Origin: Pelomyxa schiedti | Lineage: Eukaryota; Protista; Evosea | Length of the DNA stretch: 64,000 bases | Direction: 5' to 3' | NCBI GenBank assembly: GCA_020536535.1 | Contig: JAHLWZ010000806.1 | Span: 1 to 64,000, forward strand | Shown: piece after piece, positions 56,830-64,000 of the stretch | Layout of the letters: every line of letters begins with the position of its first letter | How positions within the stretch are numbered: the stretch's first letter is position 1 | Translations under genes and position numbers: made by a program | The notes under the pieces: generated by a model | Told to the model about the DNA's origin: nothing | The model's database searches: none | What the model saw: the letters and a program-made list of their open reading frames with translations, nothing else

Positions 56830-59419
56830 AAACAACACTCGTGCAGGTAATCGTCGCCTGCACACAAGGGGAAGGCTCGTGCCGCTTCAGGAGCCACTGT
56901 CCCTCTGATGGCCACTTTGCAGGTTTATCTGTTTCCTCTTTGACTGTCGCAAATCCGGTGCCACCAGCTTTGGGGGCAAACTACTCCTTTTGTTCCCGCG
57001 ATCCCAACGGGCCACGTCACGGATCACAGTTTGCAGCCCGAGGAGTCTCGGTCAGGGAAAAGGAAAGAAAAAACCTGATTCCTGATTCCTTGGTTACTGA
57101 GCCTGGGTGATGGTGACCTAACATCTACTGTGGCTTGGTAGATATCCTCCCCAGGATCTCTCTGGCAGCTCTTGAGGGATATAACAGCCCCTCGTGAGAA
57201 AAGGGTCAAATGTCATTTTACTGTGAAACTGTCAGCTGGGGATCAGACCAGAAAAAAAAACCATTTTGTCGGGATTGACCTGTTCAACGTGCTTGTCATT
57301 TCCAAACTCCAATTTTATATTCTGCCCATGAATGGATGGAGACAAGAAGCAAATATTTGCAAGGTTCTTCTCTTTCTGTACAATGGTAGGTAGGTGCTTG
57401 AGATGACATTCTTCCAGAGTAAAAACGCAGGTTGTTAAAAAATTATCCAAAGAAGCAAGGCCCTCAGAATAGCATTGCTAATAGATGAGTAAGTACACAA
57501 AGAGCAACAGAAGTTTTACCTCCCCATAGGCAATTAAGTTGTAGTTCCACAATCTTCCCTTCTCCCGATCTTCCCGGTTTTTCCCCTAGTTCCTTCAGAC
57601 TTCTTGGCAAAGGAAAGAGCAGTACCTCTGTAACCGCTTTAATGAGAGGCAGAACTTTTGATTCATCTCTGACTGCACCATCATACACAGCATAGCCAAC
57701 AATACCTAGTTGCCGATGTGTGGGTAGGCCAGGCACGCCAGTGCGCACATCACCATCAAGAAGTCCAGCAGCCATTACTTTATCCAAAAAGGAAACCTGC
57801 TCTCCTTCATGGTCTCTTCCTTTTTGTGCAAGCTCTTTAGCCCTTTTTTGCAGGGCTGCCCCCTCACTGACCCGAGATTGAGGTTGTGACTTTCCCATTC
57901 TGAGCACAAATCCAGCTGAAAGGTATGTCAGTCGTGAAAGCTAAACTCGGGAGGAACAACAAACTTGAGGTATGCCACAATCAGTTCCCATGGAAGAGCC
58001 CACACTTTTTGAGAAAAGTATGTCTCCTGTGAAAAGTTGTGTAGAGAGAGAGATTTGTCAGCCCGGGTAGTGTTGACCATTGCTTAAGTGGTTCAATCAA
58101 TCCTGAAGAATGTTGCAGCTTTATGACAGTAATTGCATGGCGGATGTTATTGCTTTTCCACCAGTGGTCTGTTGAGTGCTGGACATTGAGTTAGTACAAT
58201 GTGGGTGGGAGTTCTGGTGTACATTGAGCCTCAAGTTCAATGGAAACACTTTCCGCAGTTAGGGCTGATTTTGCAGCACGCTTCTGCCCCAGTACATCTG
58301 GTACACAACAGTGACAAATTCGGGAATTGTTCTGAAAGGGAAAACGTGGGAATTGTGCAGCGCACTTACTGGATCATTTGTGTACTGTTAACAACAGCTC
58401 TGGCATTTCTGTCAACTTCCTCAAGCTTGGCACGGAGAGACTAACAAAAGTGTTTGGCGACTTTCAACTGCTGGGAGACTCTGTGAGACCAAATGCAAAG
58501 TTGCTGCTGTTGAAACAGCTGGAAGTAAAGATGAAGATGTAGTTGCGGAGCTGGGGCCTTGGGTTTGGGACCATTATGCTTTGCCACTGTGGATAGCAAT
58601 GCTTTCTCTGCCACAGAGAGACAATCTGGGTGCGCCATTCGCAGATTTGCTTGGAAAGGGGAGAGGTTTGGGTGAGCCTAATTACATTTTGCCACCCACA
58701 GTTTCAAAGCTTACCGGCGGCACCGCCAGTAAGATCAACTGGGGATCACACACAAAAAAATAAAAGTGACATGTAAATTGCCAAAGTGCCCGCCAGTAAG
58801 GGTTGTGAATTTGGCACCAAATAATCAAAATACACAGGGAAAACGTACCTGCAGCATGACACCGAGAGATGCCATCATACACACCCTCGATGTCGCTCGC
58901 TGGGAGTACGATGGGCACTTCACCGATTCGAGCATCTTGCCAGATCTGGGGCTGATTCCCTCGCGGCAGCGACTTTCCTGACGGAGTTTAACCCAGATGG
59001 CCGAGTCGTTACGCCACCCCAATGTCCCTCTCCCGATCTTTTCTTCTGCCCACATCCAGATCTCTGTCAAAATTGCGGAAAACTGTGGTGTTTTAGCATT
59101 ACGGGGGGAGTATGGTATCAGTGAGGCACTGTGTTGTGTGTTTATGCCACTCGCAGATGAGCTGTGTGGGGAGACATGGTTGGTGTTTTGTGTGTTGTTG
59201 AGTCACATATCACATGGGTGTACCTGTGGCCATTTCCACCAGCCTAATAGTGCCGTGAAATACTGAGGAGCCAATGTTGTCCATCTCAGTCAATGTGGCA
59301 TCGTGAAAATACTTTGATGTTATCCGGGCCATTTCCTCAGCTACCATCACCTCGACTTTGTGCTTCAAACTATCTTTAGCAGTTTGTACTGTCGTTTTTG
59401 TCACTTCTTTCCTAGCCAT
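56830..59419 (-). pseudogene. Decayed gene containing a PHD-like finger; probably part of the adjacent transposon
   Basis: Fragmented frames. CTRC-x5-CC-x5-CGKCFH*T*...QCPA at ~58180-58310 contains two in-frame TGA. Boundaries are uncertain. Confidence 0.4.
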
Positions 59420-59844
59420 TAATGCTTAACAACAGAAAGAAAGTGCGACTGTACAGACAGGTCTGACATCTCCTTCTCAGTATGCTTGATCTTGCTTGAG
59501 CGCTCTCCCTGGGGCACCTCCTTGTCCAAAGAGAGCCTTGGTTTAGTATTCTTCATTTATGTTTGCGTTGTATTTCGTTTTGCTTTGGTTTTTCTGCTTG
59601 GCTTTTAAAGCAAACATTAAAGGCGGTTTTCTGTGTGGTGAATGTTGTGGACATAGAAACCTCTGGGCACTTTTCAGACCCCACACTTTTTCTGACATGT
59701 ACTTTCTACTTTTGGATTAACATTGAAAGAGGTCTGTATGGAAAGCCACATCGGACAATGCAAGGTTGCAGATCCATCTACAAGGTAGCTCTACCTGCTT
59801 TTTACTGTTACTTTTTAAAAAGTACTTTAAGAGGGGTACCACCC

Positions 59845-61910
59845 ATGTCAGCAACGTGCGCCGCTCAAGCTGTAACACAGTGCTGCCTGAGGAATTGTGT
59901 GACAGATTTTACTCCTGCTGAAATTGAACAACACTGAGTGAAACTACACTCCAAAATAAAAGCTGATCAAGATACATACTTGGTGGAAAAACTGCAAAAG
60001 TTTCACCCACACATGTACATGTTCAAAGGTGTTTCCGTTATCCCCTCACTCTCATTACGATCTCTATTTTCAATTTCCCTTCGTTTTGACACCAGTCAAC
60101 ACAGGACAGGGAGGACTGTGCCGAGCAGCATTTTGCTTTTTTATGGAATTGGACATGAGGGCCTTACCAATCTTCATGCATACATAGATGGTTCCAGGTA
60201 AAAAACAGGAGGGGGAGGGCAGTGTTTGTACAAATTTGTTAACTTTGGGAATAGAGGGGCTCTTGATCTCCACTGTTCCAGAGAATCTGCAAAGCAGAGG
60301 AGTGCTATAGAGTGGATAACTTCCTGTGTTATTGAGTCTCATCTATGTGAACCATTGGTTGGGGAAAGGGCTGTGGATCGGGATGGTAACCAAAGGCTTA
60401 TCTTACCTGCCCTGACAAGAATGATAGATGATTTGATGGCAGACGATGTTGGAGCTGAGAAAGTTACCATTATTATAAGCTTATGTAAAACAACACTAAG
60501 ATCTGGCAGATCCCAAGCATGCGGACCTTCTACAGGGTTCTAGAGAAAAAGTTTCCCTTCATATTGCATGAGTGCATTACCACCCAGACTCGTTGCACTA
60601 TTTGTGACAAGTTACGACGCTCAAAGGCTGATGCACTACGTGATGGTCTTATTGGGACCATTGATGCACACACCAAGCTTCACCTTGGTGAGCGCCAGTA
60701 CCAAGACCATATGCCAAGGCAAGAAATTTTCCAGCTGAATTGGGTGCTGTGCGCATGGATGCTAAGCAACATCTCGTTCTGCCTCATTTTCGGAGGTGTA
60801 CAACTCTCTCAGGGTTGTGCAAAGTATGCTTTGCGCATCATGGGAACCAAGACAGGGCTATTTAATTATACCCGGACATATGGAATAACAATTCCAACAT
60901 AGTTCTTTCAATTCTCCATCAGAATCTTACCAGGATGTTTTTACCATCCCCCCTTGCCAGGCAGACTGGCACAGCCAAGAACCGCTTTCAATACAAGAAA
61001 CTGTACCTGACCTTTGACAACGCAGCTGTAAATAAATGCATGGCCTCATTCTTATACTGTGGAATGCTGGTGGCTAAGCAGTGGGTAAGATCCATTGAGA
61101 TTGGCATGCTTCTTCCTGGACATGGTCTGCAGGACCAATTATTCAGCTCCCTTCACTATCCCCTGCATGCACAGGATGCACTTACTGTTCCTGCTTTTCT
61201 TGAGTTGTGTAGATGTGCCAGTCTCTCTTTTTGTGTGAAGTGGCAACACATTGAGGATTGCTTTGGGTTCAAGATCTCAGTAGGTGTTCCTACAGGTGCA
61301 GATGCCACACATGAATCTGTTGTAATACAGTCAAGGCAGTTTAATTCCAAAGAAATGTGGTCTGACCACAAAGTGGACCTCTTTCCCCTTGGGATTCCCA
61401 GTGGCATTCCCTAAGTTATCACACCAGATTTTTCTGTCTTCCAGTGTAAAGAGATATCTGAGATCATCAAGATCCTTCCTCCTTCAGAATCTGCCAGAAG
61501 TTGGTGGAAGTGCTTGATTGATCACCCTGCTGCTGTTTTTCCTGGCCCCAATCCTGCTAGTTCCTTGGTATGTGAGTGATTTCGCTTCTTTGTATAACTG
61601 AGTGATTTTTTGCTGCACAGTGGGATGAGAACAACTTTTGGAGCACAACTGGATTTATTCCTTGCAATGCAAGGCTCACTGTGCCTCCAATTACCACACA
61701 GGCATCTGTTTTTTTTGAGTAACCTTCATAAATTACAATCACATGAGGGTCTGAGGGCCTTCAGCTGTTTGATGGTGGTGTGGCGGAGGTGCACAAGGTG
61801 AGAATGCACAAAGGTAAAACCTATTTGCTTGTCAACTTTTTGCAGCCTACAGTTCTTCCTCTTTTGAGAACCTGTCTACCAGGCAAAAGCCTGCTTGTGG
61901 TGGCATTGCC
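59845..61910 (+). mobile_element. Decayed Sola/DUF7869-like DDD transposase (pseudogene)
   Basis: CC..NC...F....I..H*, frameshifted VCRAAFCFFYGI, RCTICD, MDAK..LVLPHF, LYLTFDN..NK, GMLLPGH...DQLFS. Multiple stops and frameshifts; no TIRs found. Confidence 0.75.
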
Positions 61911-62079
61911 TTAATTTATCACCATCGGCACTAAAACATTTCTTGTTTTACTTTCCCGGCGAAAGCCAGTACCCTTTCTTGTCTAAGGAACGCCGAAGCA
62001 CTATCCACCACACCGAGAACAACCATCTGCATCGTCAAAATTATGTTTTTTGCAAAAGCCCAGACACCAGCAGGTTCCG

Positions 62080-64000
62080 TTACTCTTCACCAAGTTTGCC
62101 ATTGTAATAGTTTGGTGTGAGTCCACTTTGGAAATGCCTCAAGTGGAGCTCAGCCCCTCGTGATACTGTTACCTGTGTTTGTTTGGTCAGGTGTGTTTAG
62201 TTTGCCAACACAGTATACCTTGGGAATTTTTTCGCGGTGTTTGTAGAGTTGCGCGGAAGCAGCGATTGTATACTTCAAGTGATCATCGTTGTACATGTTT
62301 CTCGGCACGGCAAATCGGACTAGGTTGAGAATACCCTGGCGCTGAACTGGTGTCTTTTGGTCCCTATTGCATTACATATTAAGAACATCTTTGAATCCCC
62401 CAAGCCCGTAAGGTACCATTCGAAGGCAAAAGGTCCTAATTCACAAACCCTTATCCCGTAGAGTCTAATCATCTCGATAACGAATCTGAAAACACTTTAA
62501 AAAACGTAGGGAGAAGAAGGAAAGCGTACCCCACACCGCCGAAGTCGTCAATCTTCATTGGAGTACCCTCAAAAAACTCCGTCATGTCCAAGTAGACTGC
62601 ATGTCCACCAGGAGGTAAGACAACACCCTGGACACCAGCAGCCACAAGGCCCTCAGCTAAATATCTCACTTGAAGAACACGTCGGCGAAGGTAGTTGAGT
62701 TTGACAACCTGGTATAGCCCCTCTGCCATGGCCATAATATCTCTCCCACTAAGGCCTCCGGTGCTTGGAGGTTGTTAGATTATGTACCTTTAGTGAGGGT
62801 GATAATACCAAGGGTTTCCATAGGTTAAAATCTGTTTCTCCTTCAAAACGAGCCCCACGTCACGATCTGGTTTGGAAAATTGCTTATGGAATAAACCCTT
62901 GTTCCTGAAGCACATTAGCCCTCCTATGTTGCATAGTGCATCCTTCTTTGCACTCATGAGGAAGCAGTCACAGTACGAGAACATTTCCTTCACAATCTCC
63001 TGTATGCTTTTACTGGAATAACCTTCTTCAAACTCCCGGATTAAGAAAGCATTCTCAGCAAATCTGGCCGCATCAAACACCACAGGGATGTTGAAAGAAT
63101 GCGCTATTCGTGCAGTTTCCCGAATATTTTGCATGGAAACAGGTTGCCCTGCAGCTGTGTTGTTTGTAACTGTAAGAAGAACGGCAGGGACGTGGTCCGC
63201 TCCCTCCCGGGTAATCAGTGCTGCTAATTCCTCAGTGTCAATGTTGCCCTTGAAGGGATTTCGTGTTGAACATTCTTCCACCTACAACACGAAAATGAGT
63301 TGCACCCCCCAATGAAGAAATCGCTTTACTGGGAAGGGTGTGTGAAGATGCTTTGCAAATAGATTGACTGGCCGGAATGAGTTTGTGTGAGCTTGCGCTT
63401 CAGTAGTATCAAAAAAACTAAGGAGAATAAGCTGGTGCTCCAACAAACCATATTTTTATACCCATTAGACGGGATGATGTAAGGTAAAGGACGGGCATCC
63501 TGTTTCCAAAGTTGCCTTACCACAGAGAAGAATAAGTTTTCAGCACAGCGTCCCTGAGGAACTAGGAAAAGATTGGGGTGCTTCATTCGGAAATTAGAAA
63601 ATAGTGATGAAGGAATATTCTTTCCCACCTCCAGGGCGTATTTTCCTTCATTGGCAAAAGTGTTGTCTGGGATAACAGGAACCACCAAAGATGACCTTGA
63701 CGGGTCACATATCATATTATTGATTACTGGCTGTGGGTTGTCACCACCTTCAAATATATCTCTCACGGACTACCGCAGGTTAGTTGGAAGAGATGAACGT
63801 TACCAACGTACTTGCTTTAAAGCGGTGTACCCGTAGTTCCCGGCATATGCACCATCACCACGAACAAGGGCAGACCATTGGAAGTCAGTCATGGCAGAAG
63901 TGCCCTGAGTTAAAGATCAGAACCGTGAAATTTGGAGAAGAACCCACCGAATCCGAGAGATAATCCACAACAAGCATTGACGCCTAGTAGAGGCATGAAA
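62080..64000 (-). CDS. tnaA: Tryptophanase (beta-eliminating lyase); 5' end beyond the window
   Basis: GTSAM, QGR.AE, FDTT, FKGNID, TVTNN..GQPVSM.N, DAARFAENA, MSAKKD (PLP Lys), YGGLSGRD, GGHAVY, LRHF. SAKKD and LRHF favour tryptophanase over tyrosine phenol-lyase. Introns present. Confidence 0.92.

Noticed and set aside
56600-62050. Terminal inverted repeats for the Sola-like element
   Set aside because: Only weak partial matches were found between the flanks; the ends cannot be defined by eye.

Overview
Gene-dense eukaryotic genomic DNA with many short (~40-90 nt) spliceosomal introns, so the ORF track shows exon fragments and some read-through introns. The standard genetic code is used. 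Gene content (zf-UBP-sirtuin, TmcB-like PAS-cyclase, tryptophanase, Costars) suggests an amoebozoan, possibly an anaerobic archamoeba such as Pelomyxa (inference only). About 22 host genes were reconstructed by eye: HMG-box, zf-UBP sirtuin, PRP22/DHX8, CH/coiled-coil, DUF4291, receptor-type PDE, YEATS+CRIPT-like, XPR1/SYG1, small TM protein, PAS-class III cyclase, MFS-like, LysA, RING-TRAF-pentapeptide-3xSPRY, NMNAT-like/kinase fusion, MIF, SRA/YDG protein, Costars, ZZ-ZZ-GNAT, symmetric beta-trefoil, truncated intronless clathrin heavy-chain paralog, metallophosphoesterase-ricin and tryptophanase (cut by the window end). Mobile DNA comprises a disabled L1-like retrotransposon, a MITE-like element and a decayed Sola/DUF7869-like transposase with a divergent decayed PHD-containing gene. 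The main hunt results are: (1) converging signs of a CpG-methylation system (a CpG-free transposon, CpG-rich gene starts, a pocket-altered SRA reader); (2) a terminal-domain-only clathrin; (3) a nucleotidyltransferase-kinase fusion; (4) several unusual reader-writer domain fusions. Exon boundaries are manual and approximate.
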